Shown: positions 42,716-53,032 of the stretch, one piece after another
Layout: each line of letters starts with the position of its first letter
How positions within the stretch are numbered: position 1 is the first letter of the stretch
DNA from: an uncultured Methanomicrobiaceae archaeon
Lineage (GTDB): Archaea; Halobacteriota; Methanomicrobia; Methanomicrobiales; Methanoculleaceae
Assembly (NCBI GenBank): GCA_963826525.1
Contig: CAWGXH010000004.1
Span: forward strand, 1,312,001 to 1,376,000
Length of the DNA: 64,000 nucleotides
Direction: 5' to 3'
The notes under the pieces: generated by a model
What the model saw: the letters and a program-made list of their open reading frames with translations, nothing else
Told to the model about the DNA's origin: nothing
Database searches by the model: none
Made by a program: the position numbers and the translations under genes

Positions 42716-43703
42716 TCACCCGAGCGGCTGCGGCCACCCGTCCCTGCCCTCCGCGAAGGCCTCCAGCATAAAGGCGACGAACGAGGCGGCCTCTTCCGGG
42801 TGCTCCGCCGCCGTCGGGACGGTCACGGCATAGACGATAGGCGCTCCCGTCCTGAGATTTCCGATGGAGCCGAACCGCTGAAACCCGAGCTGCACCGCCA
42901 CGTTCCGGTAGCGATCGGCGTAGTCCGCGCTCGAGAGATCGATCTCGGGCGGGAGATCGATGGAGGAGAGGCCATGGGCGTCGGCCACGCTCCGGTACTC
43001 GAAGGCGTAATCGATACCGCCCGCATCGAGGAGCGAGAGGAGGTAGATGGAACCATCCCGGATCTGCACCTTCCCGTCCGACGGGCGCAGCACCTCGGGG
43101 AGCGTGATCGTGACAGTCCCGCCCGCCCGGTTCACGACCGGCCGGGGGTCGAGGTGATCGGCGATGATTCCGTCAAAGAGTGCCCTGTTCCCGTAGTACT
43201 CTTCGGCGAGTGCCGTCACCATCAGCGCCCGGTAGCCGCATGCGTCGAGCATCGGGTTTGAAAACCCCACCCGCACGTCCGGCCGGGCAAGCACGGCATA
43301 CCAGTTCTCCGCGGTGATCTCATCGGCATGCAGGCTCTTTTCGGTGTAGGCGATCACCATCTCGTTCGTGGCGAACGATGTGTAGGTATCGGTGTAATTG
43401 CCGCCCCCGTCTTCCATCGGGCGGAACATCATCTCCGGGATCAGGGACTCGTCAGCGACAGCGACGACGTCGATAGCCCGGTGCAGATCGGTGACCTGCC
43501 TGACCGCCTGGATGCTCCCGTGCCCCTCGACCCGGACGTCGATTTCGGGGTGCAGGTTCTCGTAGGCTGCCTCGATCTCCTCCATGGGCAGGAGCAGGCT
43601 GCCTGCCGGTACGACGCGGAGCTCCCGTGGTTTCGCCCTCTCCCGTGCAGCCCGCACTGAAGATCAGCAGGACGGCGCAGAGCGCAAGTAGCATCGCCTT
43701 CAT
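42716..43703 (-). CDS. wtpA: Second, orphan WtpA-type binding lipoprotein (frameshift near 43640)
   Basis: SAGC lipobox, PAGSL, HGSIQ, AVAD, SNPMLDACGYR, FEYRSVA, PIVYAVTVP. Confidence 0.85.
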
Positions 43704-43706
43704 CCG

Positions 43707-44261
43707 TTACCGCCTGTGCACTTCGACCCGGTCGACCCACTTCACCCACGAACTCCCCTCGGTGATGACGTCGGGGCTCTCGGTGATGATGACGATCCGT
43801 AAGGGGCCGCCCTCCTCGTAGGTGAGCGGTCTGCTGTCCTGCTCGTAAGCCAGGATCACCCGGAGGGGCGGCGGCGGGATCTCGTGGAGATTCTCATCGA
43901 ACGTGAAGAACCCCTCTCCCCGCACCTGGTCGGTATCGAAGACCCAGAGATACCCGTCTTCGGCGGAGACGTAGACGAGGTCATTCTCATCCGCCCCGCC
44001 CGCCATCGCAGCGAGGTTGGTGAGGAGCACCCCCCGGTACCGGTTCGGCCCGAAGGTTATCCCGACGGTGGAGACCGCATACCCGTATCCCTCCTCCGCG
44101 GGCAGTGCCCGCAGTTCCGCAAGCGAAAGCACTTCTTCGGTCTCGCCGGCAACCGTGAGGTTCCAGGCTATCTGCTCCTCGACCCCGTCTCCGCCCTGCC
44201 CGGTGCACCCGGAGATGCAGACGGCGGCAGCGAGCAGGAGAGCGTATACAACACGCAGCAC
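43707..44261 (-). CDS. Lipoprotein with a molybdopterin-oxidoreductase (SUOX/MsrP)-like domain
   Basis: ISGC lipobox; WNLTVAG, LSLAELRALP, YRGVLL, AEDGY, ILAYEQD, GGPLRI, WVKWVDRVEV. Confidence 0.75.
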   Translation of the reverse strand: MLRVVYALLLAAAVCISGCTGQGGDGVEEQIAWNLTVAGETEEVLSLAELRALPAEEGYGYAVSTVGITFGPNRYRGVLLTNLAAMAGGADENDLVYVSAEDGYLWVFDTDQVRGEGFFTFDENLHEIPPPPLRVILAYEQDSRPLTYEEGGPLRIVIITESPDVITEGSSWVKWVDRVEVHRR

Positions 44262-44267
44262 CTGTCG

Positions 44268-45098
44268 TCACCTCCTGCCGCAGAAGAAACTTGCCGCGCC
44301 GATCGCGAGAGGTACCGGCAGCAGCGAGAGGGGTGTTCCGACAGCCCCGGCAGTGGTCGTATCGGCAGCAGGTCCGGTCTTCTGGAGCGACTTGACAAGT
44401 GCGCTCCGCTCACCCTGGTAGCCTCCCTCGTAGACCCTGACCTCGTCCACCCACTTCACGGATAGGCCGCTCGTGGAGGGGAGCAGGTCGTAGAAATGCT
44501 GGGCGGCCTCGGGCAGCGTCTCGTACATATCCTGGTTGCCGTAGACGTGCAGGCCTTCCGCATTTGTCGAGTTGTCGGCGAAGAACGTAAGCCGCATTCC
44601 GTTGTAGAACTCCGGGACATAGCCGGTGCCTTGGCGCTCGCCCGCTCCCGTCTCATCGCCGTTGTACCAGGTGATCCCGATCGGCCCCTGCCGGGGATCG
44701 GGCTGGTAGACGTTCTCGTAGGCAAACTCGACGTGGTAACCGTCGGCGGCCTTCACCATCACCTCGTCGCCGGGCTCCGCACCGCCGACCAATTCGGCGA
44801 GATCACGGATATCGGTGCCCTTCACGGCACCCCGGTCCTTGAAGTTCGTCGTCTCGTTCGGATCCCACTTCTCTCCCTCGAAGACCGGGCCCTGGTGGTA
44901 GTAATGAGTCACGCCGTCACCGAGCACCGGGAGGTTCTCTTCCATCCAGCGGTAGTCCACCGTCGTTTCGTTCAGGATCGTCGCCTGGTCGGCCGCGATC
45001 TTCACCACATGGAGCTCGGTGGTGGGCGCTGCCTCTGCCGCACCCGCCGCTGCCAACAGAAGCAGGGCGACGGCGAGTATTCGTGTCAGTGATGTCAT
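44268..45098 (-). CDS. Secreted, C-terminally anchored protein with a 'WMEENLPV' domain
   Basis: Signal peptide; YRWMEENLPV, YYHQGPVF, KAADGY, GMRL, SVKWVDEV; hydrophobic tail + RR. Confidence 0.8.
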   Translation of the reverse strand: MTSLTRILAVALLLLAAAGAAEAAPTTELHVVKIAADQATILNETTVDYRWMEENLPVLGDGVTHYYHQGPVFEGEKWDPNETTNFKDRGAVKGTDIRDLAELVGGAEPGDEVMVKAADGYHVEFAYENVYQPDPRQGPIGITWYNGDETGAGERQGTGYVPEFYNGMRLTFFADNSTNAEGLHVYGNQDMYETLPEAAQHFYDLLPSTSGLSVKWVDEVRVYEGGYQGERSALVKSLQKTGPAADTTTAGAVGTPLSLLPVPLAIGAASFFCGRR

Positions 45099-45136
45099 AT
45101 CGTGTCAATCTCCGGAATCTGTACGTTTGGGTCTGG

Positions 45137-47459
45137 TTACGTATCTTCAAATAGCACGGTGCAGTCGACCGTCGCCCCCGGCGCCACGACGACATTCTCG
45201 ATAGTTCGGCTTTTCGTTTCGCCGACGACCTTCACCGCGTAGGCGCCGATCCGCATCCCCGGGAAGGTATGCGGCGTCGTCTCCCCGGTGTAGCGTCCAT
45301 AGAGGTAGATCTTCGCTCCCGGCGGGGTGCTGTTCACGCTGAGCGATCCGCAGGGATATTCGGTCAGGGTCGACCGGATCGTCCCTCCTGCTCCTGCCGG
45401 AGCACCCGGCGGGATCGTGATCTCCCCGTTCGCCGGGAGGTATCCGGGGAGCGAGAGGGTGATCGTGTGCCTCCCCGACGAGAGATCGCGAACGACGGCG
45501 GGCGTCCGAAGATCGGTTGGATACCCGTCCACGAAGACCAGCGCTCCCGGCGGGTCGGAGACGACCGTGACGGCGTACGTCTCCCCCGCCCCGGGCACTG
45601 CGGTGAACTGCTCCCCGTCCGCGAGGGTGTCGGGCAGCGCGATCGAGTGGTAGGTATCATTCTCGCGGAGGGTGATCCAGGCTCCGTTGCCGTCTATATC
45701 CACCGTCGCCGGCAGGGTATACGCCGGGTACGCCCCGTTGACGGTGAACGTTGCTCCGGCAAGGTCGGGGTTCCCGAATGTGATCGTCCGGACGCGCCGG
45801 TTCTGCACACCATCTACACGGACTGGTGTGATGGTGTCGGGATAGACCCACACCCGGCGTGTCCCGTAGTGGATGCCGGTATCCGCAGAATCGATGCTGC
45901 TCGCGGCTTCGTAATCGAGGGCGATCGTGTGGAGTCCTTCGCGGAGCCCGTACACCACGGAGGGGGTGTTCCGGTCGATCCGCGTATTGTCGATGGTGAT
46001 CGCCGCGTCCTGCGGGAAGGAGTCGATGAAGAGTCCGCCGGAGCGGTTCGAGCGAACCGCCTCAGGCGTCACGGTTGGTGCTGCTGTCGGGGTTTCCGGC
46101 AGTTCGCTCCCCAGATCAGGCTCCGGCAGGCCTTCAGGCGTCCCGAGCGCAGGTTCGCTCTCATCAGAGCCTCCGGTGATGAGGGAGGCGATGAAGTGGA
46201 AGAGTGCGAAGAGCGGGTCGAACAGTCCGGGCGTGGCCGGGGTCGCCGTCGCGGTCGGCACAGGCCGGGTGGTCGCCGGGGTCGCAGGCGACGTCGTGGT
46301 AGCCGGGACGGTCACGGTGAGAGATACTGCCGGCAGTGGTTCCGATCCATTGAGCGGCGCGAGCACCAGATCGACGGCGACCGTCTCATCCGCCACGGCG
46401 GTGACCGTCGTGGTGGCGTTCTCGTAGCCCTCCCTGAAAAGGACGATGGTATGCTCCCCGACCGCGACTTCCTCGAGGATTGTATCGGTCACGTTCCCGG
46501 TCTCGTTTCCGTCGAGGACGATCGCCGCTCCCGTGGGCAGGGACGAGACGGCGATGCTCCCCTGCAGCGGGAGAAGGTCGAAGGTGATCTGCCCGGTTTC
46601 CAGTGCTTTTACGGTGATCCATCGCTCCTGACTTGCGGCGTAGCCGTCCTTCTCCACCCTGACCGAGTGCGACCCTATCTCAAGATCGCGGATCGTGCAT
46701 GGCGTGAGCTGACCGGTGTTCTCGTCGTCGAGGTAGACGGTTCCCCCCGCAGGGCTTGATTCGACCTCGAGCGCTCCGGTCGCCTCTTCCTCGCTGAAGA
46801 TGGCGACCTCGCTGACGTACTGTGCGGATAGGCCGGTCGTCGTCGGCACACCGGGCTGGAAGAAATGCCAGTACTCGGGATCGAAGCACTCCTGCATATC
46901 GGTGACACCGAAGGTGTGGTTTCCCCAGGGGTTGACGGAGGTGTCCGCAAAGAAGACGAGCCGCATCCCCTCCCGGTACTCGGGAACGTATCCCTCGTCG
47001 GCACGGTACCAGGTAACGACCATCGGCCCCTGCCGCGGTTCGGGCTCGTAGACGTTCCGGTAGGGAAAGATCTTTGAAAACCCGTCGGGGGCCTTCACCC
47101 TGACGGTTTCGCCCTCCGCCATCCCCCCGACAAGGTCGCAGAGGTCGGCGAGGTCGGTGCCCTTCACCGCACCCATATCCTTCTCATGTGACGTTGGTAT
47201 CTTCTCCGCCGGATTCCAGGGATCTGACCGGGTCGAAGACCGGCCCCTGGTGGTAGTAGTGCGTCTCCCCGTCCCCGAGGACGGGCAGGTTCTCCTCCAT
47301 CCACCGGTAGTCGACGGTCGTCTCCTGAAGGACGGTTGCTCCGTCGGCAGCATAGCGCACGATATGCACCTCCGTCGTCGCGGCACCGACGCTCCCCGGG
47401 ATGAGGATGCAGAGGAGCAGCAGAATGGCCATAAGCCGGAAAAGAGCATGTATCGGCAT
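45137..47459 (-). CDS. Secreted 'WMEENLPV' domain + multiple PEGA domain protein (frameshifts near 47195-47230)
   Basis: N-terminus in ORF 47184..47468, remainder in 45137..; repeated VxSxPxGAxIxxDG...G.H.I PEGA motifs. Confidence 0.78.
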
Positions 47460-47508
47460 AGGGATCACCGTTGTGCAGATGAGGAACTCTGAAAAAGAGG
47501 CATGGGTG

Positions 47509-48926
47509 TTATCTCCTGCGGAGGAGGAAGAGCAGCCCGAGGGCGAGCACCGGTACCCAGGTCGGGACGGGGAGCGACAGCGGGAACCACGATCCGCCGG
47601 CCGCCGTCGTCGTCTCCGTTGCGGCTGCGGCGATCACCGCTGTCTGCTGCGCTGAGGCGGTCGGGGCGGCTGTCGGTTCACTGGCGGCGGTTGTGGTCAC
47701 CGGCGTGGCGAAGGTCGCTTCGGGGTTGTAGTCGAAGCTCGATTTGGCCGGTGAACCTCCGCTGCTGCTGCTCCCCGAACCTCCCGAGCTCGGCGGCGTC
47801 GTCGGTGCGGGAGTAACCGGGCTTACCGTGGACGTTCCGATGAGGGCGAAGATCGAGAGCCCGCTTGGAGATGCGGCCTCGAAGACGTAGTTGCCGGCAT
47901 CATCGGTGCCGATGAGCGTCGTTGCGAGAGCAGTCGTGGTGCCGTCATCGGCTCTACGCATGATCACGACCTTCTCCACTCCGCCGACCGCCGTCACCCA
48001 GGCCGGGCTGACGGCCATCCGGATCGTCGCGGCCGTGATGACACCGCCGTCGCCAGCGTTCGCAATATTGCTCTTCTGGACGTTCATGACGTATGCGATA
48101 TCCGTGATACCGCTTCCCGACTGCTGGGCGGTGAGGAGGAATGCGCTCTGTGCCGCAGGGTCGGGCTCCCGTGCGATCGTCGTCGTGAGCCGTGCATCCG
48201 ACGGCGGCATCTCGCTCATGTCGAGCGCGATCTGCGCTGCTGCCGTCCCGACGGTAGCATCGACGTTCGCCGTCACCGGGCTGCTCCGCGCGGTCACGCC
48301 GGTGACGGTTCCGGTGACGGTCGTCTCGCCGACCGCAGGTTCATCCCCGGTCTCGATGACGATCTCCTCCCAGCCGCTGCCAACGTCCTGCATCACGATT
48401 CTGTTGCCGTCGGTCGTGACGTTGGCCGTGGTCTCCTGCCGGTTGATCGTCACCTGCTGTGCCCCGCCTGCCGTAGTTGTCTGCACGCCGCCGGGGGCGA
48501 AGGAGCAGTCGCCCGATCCGATCGGGGTCTCCGCCTCTCCGCCCCGCTCCCGGTGGTAAACGTAAGATCGATCGCACTGGCATCGCTGGGTGCGTAGAGG
48601 CATCTCCTGGTCTGCCTGGTCTGCTGCCGACCCAGAACGTGACCGTTGGTGTATCGGATGCGACGAGATCGAACTCCGTAGCCCGCACGACGAGCCGGCT
48701 TGCCCAGATTCCCTCCGCCCCGTAGGTGCCGGGCTCGGTGAGGGTGAAACGCCCGCGTTCGTTCCAGTTTATTTTGGCGATGATGACGGTGCCTGCAGGT
48801 GCGTCGGCACCGTCGATGACGGCCGTTCCCCAGGTACTGTGCGGGAAGAACCGGCATCGATTCGGCGGCTGCCGCTCCCACCAGCAGGAGCAAAAGAAAT
48901 AGTGTGATGATTGGTCTGCTATCCAT
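47509..48926 (-). CDS. Cell-surface protein with a PGF-pre-PGF-like domain and C-terminal anchor (several frameshifts at 48580-48830)
   Basis: Signal peptide; MAVSPAWV...IMRRADDG...L.T...YVFEAASPSGLSIFAL; T/S linker; hydrophobic tail + RRR. Confidence 0.7.
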
Positions 48927-48938
48927 GGTTATCTCTGC

Positions 48939-51900
48939 CTACAAGGCGATTGCTGCAAGTTCACCGCTTCCCCGAAGGTACACCCAGTAGCCTTTGCCCG
49001 GAGAGCAGATCTCCCGTGTCGGCATGCGAACCAGATCCTCCGCGAATGATGGCGGTTTCGTATTCCTGGTTTTCTGCATCGAATCCGATCACCTGTGTCC
49101 ATGCGTCGCCGAGGGAGAGGAGGGTGTCGCGTGCCTGTGCAGGTTCGGTGTCGGTGAATCCGACCGCGTTCCAGCCCTTATAGAGATCTGCTGTCGGCGG
49201 CGTCTGCAGGGGCTCGTCGCTGAAATAGAGCGACACGTTGCAGGCGGCTGCATGAGTAGATCCAGTACGCCGCGAGGGGTTTCAGCGTATCGGTCGCCTG
49301 GACTTCCTCCCAATACTTAATCGCCGCATTGTAGCGCCAGATCGCGTGGTTTGCGGTATTGACATCGCTGAAGATCGCGGCGGTGTTGCTGCCGGCTGCA
49401 AGCCTCTTGGGGATGGAGACGAAGTTCAAGCCCTGATGCAGGGCAGAGCTCCGCATCGGCGGGAATGGGGAGATCGATCAGGGCGATCTCGTCGATGCTT
49501 CCGATCTTCTGTTTGCCGCTCGTCAGTGCGGAACCGACGAGTTTCAGCGGCCATGACGGTTTGTCGCCGTCCGCCGGGAGCGGGATGCCGTTTATCTCGT
49601 TGGCGACGATGATGTTGTTGTTCAGTTTGATGAAGCTGCTCTCGAAGGTGGCGGAGAAGTCGTCCTCGGTGCCCTTTGTATTGTCGGGGCCGTAGTCGAT
49701 GACGGTGACGTTGTAGCCGATATCGGCGAGCGTTCCGTTGAAGGGATTGGTACCGTAGTCGTGCTTGTTGGCATCGTCGACCCAGCCGACGAGGAGCCAG
49801 AGCGGCATTCCCGACCAGACGTTGCCGTCATCGTCGGTGTAGGTTGCTCCGTGGCCGCCGAGGGCGCAGGCCTTCCCGGCTTCGAAGTACGAGCGAGTGA
49901 TGGTGTCGGTGATCGCGCCGGTCAGGATGAGGTTCCAGTCCTCGCGTGCGCCGGGGTGAATCTCGACCGTGGCGATATTCTTGTTCGCGACTCCGGCAGC
50001 GGATGGATACTGAATGCCGCCGCTCCAGTAGTAGTGCCAGTAGTCCTCGGCGAGGCATGCCCGCATATCGTCGGCTCCGAAGATGCCGTCGGGGGCATTG
50101 AAGAAGAGGCGGATTCCGTCGCGGTAGTCGGGGACATACTCGTCGTCCGCCCACCATGCCAGAATAGCCTCGCCCTGCCGGTCAAGTGGTGTATAGAGGT
50201 TGGTGTAGTTGATCTTTGCTTCGTAGCCGTCGGAGGCGACGAGGACGATCTCGCTGCCCTCGGGCGCTCCGCCGACGAGGTCGCAGAGATCCTTGATGCA
50301 CGTACCCCGGACGACGTTATCGACTTTGCCGGGGTTTATATCCTCAGCGGGATTCCAGAGGTCGTCCGGATCGAAGGTCGGACCCTGGTAGCGGAGGCGG
50401 ACACCGTCGGCGCCGCCGATGACGGGGAGGTTCTCCTCCATCCACTGGTAGGTCTTCGTCGTCTCGTTAAGAACCGTCACGCCGTCGGCGGCGTAGCGGA
50501 TGATCTGTACGGAGGGAAGGTCGGTCGGCTCCTGGAACTCTGTCAGGGCGATCTTCTCGATGTTGCCGACGCTCTTGCTGCCAACCGCTCCCTCGCCGAC
50601 GAGACGGAGCGGGAACGCTCCGCCGGTGATGGCAGAGCCGTTGACCTTGTTGGCGACGATGTAGTTATTCTTATTCGCTACGATCTCCTGGCTGGTAAAC
50701 TCCTTGCTGTAGGGAGAGACGCCGCCCGAGGAGACGATGACCGTGTAACCGGCCGCTGCGAGGTTGTCGTTGAATGCACCCGAACCGTGCATGACGTCGT
50801 CGTCGACCCAGCCTGCGAGATACCAGAGCGGAACGCCCGTCCAGGTGGAGACGCCATCGTTGTAGGTCGCGCTGTGGCAGGCGGCACCTTCTTCGAACTC
50901 GGCCTCGGAGATGACGGCGGTGATCGCAGCCCCTTCGAGGGTGAGCGTCCATTCTCCTTCCTCAGGTGCACCGGGCAGATCGACGAGGGTGATCGAGGCG
51001 ATGTTGCCGACTCTCTGTTTGCCGCTCGTCAACGCGGAGCCCTGCAGTTTTAGGGGGTAGCCGTCGTCGTTCCCGAGCGGGCTGGCGTTCAGCTTGTTCG
51101 CAACGATGTAGGCGTTGCTCTCTGCGATATCGGCGCTGTCGAGGGTGACGGTGTAGCCGTCCTCTGCGGTGACGTTGATGGTGTATCCTTCGGCCGCAAG
51201 TGCATCGTCGAACGTCCAGTGGTTCGAGGTCTCGATATCGTCGACGACGCCGACGAGGTACCAGAGCGGCATTCCCGTCCAGACGCGGTCACTGCTGTCG
51301 GTATAGGGTGCAGCGTGGCCGCAGGCAATGCCTTCCTCGAACTCTTCCTGCGTCAGGGTGCGGGAGAACTTCCCGTTCAGGGTAATCGTCCAGCCGTCGG
51401 AAGGCTCCGGAAGCCCGATGAGTTCGATCTCGACGACGTTCCCGACCTTCTGGCCTGCGTTCACATGAGCGCCGATCATCTGGAGCGGCCAGCAGGGTTT
51501 CTCGCTGTCCCCGATGACTGCCGGGAGGGGTTCGCCGTTCAGGGTGTTCGCGACGATGATCGCATCGTCACGGGCGACGCTGGCGCTCTCGAAGTTAACG
51601 CTGTAGCCATCGCCGGCGATGACTTTAATCGAGTAGCCCTCTTCGGCGAGGTCGTCGTTGAATGCACCGGCACCGTGCTTTTTGTCGTCGTCGACCCAGC
51701 CTGCGAAATACCAGAGCGGGACACCCGACCAGACGTTTCCGTCATCGTCGGTGTAGGTTGCGCCGTGGCCGCAGTCGACGGCATCCTCGAAGTACGCCTG
51801 GTCGATGGTATCGGTCAGGGCACCTTTCAGGGAGAGCGTCCAGTCTCTCGGGCTCGGCGATATCGACCGTGATGCCGACCATCGCGGTGGCGGTCTCAGG

Positions 51901-52805
51901 GGTAACGCCGTCTTCGCCATAGTAGAAGACAACTTCATCGCCGTCGACGAGTTCGTAGACGTCGACACCCTCGGAGGCAGACTGCAAACCCGTCGAGCGG
52001 ATCGCCGTTCACCATGTAATACCAGGAGGCACCCCCTTTGACGTAGCAGTATTCGCTGACGTTATCGAGGAGGAGAAAACCATTGGAGACCTTCTTCTTG
52101 TCCCCGACGGCGTAGGTGAAGCCTTCTGCTTCGGCGACGGCATCAAGTGCCCCGAGCGGCGTGAGCGTATCGACGGTGTACCCTGTCCCCGATGTCGCGG
52201 TGCAGGTGAAGGTGCCGTCTTCCAGCGTCACCGGACCGTCATAGAGGACGTCCATCGCCTCGTTGATCGAAACGGTGATATTGACGAGCGCGGTTGCGTT
52301 CTCCGGAGTAATGCCGTCCTCTCCGTAGTAGAAGACGACCTCGTCGCCGTCGACGAGTTCGTAGACGTCGACACCCTCGGAGGCAGCTGCAAACCCGTCG
52401 AGCGGATCGCTGTTCACCATGTAATACCAGGAGGCACCCCCTTTGACGTAGCAGGTACTCGCTGACATTATCGAGGAGGAGAAAACCGTTCGAGAGCTTC
52501 TTCTTATCCCCGACGACGTAGGTGAATCCTTCGGCATCGGCGACGGCATCGAGCGCTCCGAGCGGCGTGAGCCGGTCAACGGTGTACTCCGTTCCCGAGG
52601 ATGCGGTGCAGGTGAAGGTGCTGTCGGTCAGCGTCACCGTATCGTCAAAGAGCAGATCGGCCGTAGCAATCATGGCGGCGGTGTTCTCCGGGGCATACGG
52701 TTCGACCGGGAGCCCGGTATCGGCTCCCGCCGCAGGCACGATGAGGATCATCAGTGCGAGCAGCACAGTAAAGCAGATCACTTTGTTTTCCTTAAAATGT
52801 ATCAT
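48939..52805 (-). CDS. Large secreted multidomain protein: 2x DUF4430-like, 4x Cys/His SUOX-fold-like, 1x 'WMEENLPV', C-terminal GWN repeats (about 6 frameshifts)
   Basis: Homologous domains continue across ORFs 52239.., 51935.., 51742.., 49317.., 49178.. and 48961..; inferred end ...YWVYLRGSGELAAIAL-TAG at 48939. Confidence 0.72.
51860..52660 (-). repeat. ~405 nt direct repeat (two copies) encoding the duplicated N-terminal domain
   Basis: 51941-52080 is nearly identical to 52347-52487. Confidence 0.9.
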
Positions 52806-52895
52806 AAACTCACCTTTTCGCAAACAGGCTGCCAAGACGTCTCCCAGCATGTGCAAGGCATTAAAAAGGTGGAAGGGGGCGAGTATATAGTTTGC

Positions 52896-52915
52896 ATTTA
52901 CTTAATCTATTGAAC
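52896..52915. promoter_or_regulatory. Candidate operator (minus strand GTTCA-N10-TAAAT) upstream of the surface-protein operon
   Basis: attta cttaatctat tgaac; a TATA-like tatata lies at 52884-52889. Confidence 0.35.
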
Positions 52916-53032
52916 TAACTTAATGTGGTTAACTCGTCCGGTGGCGGGCAAAGGGGCTAAAAAAAGGGCGAAAACGTAAAATCCATTTCAATTCTGCCGT
53001 ATCTCCGGGTGCCGACTTTCGGAGCGCCCCCG

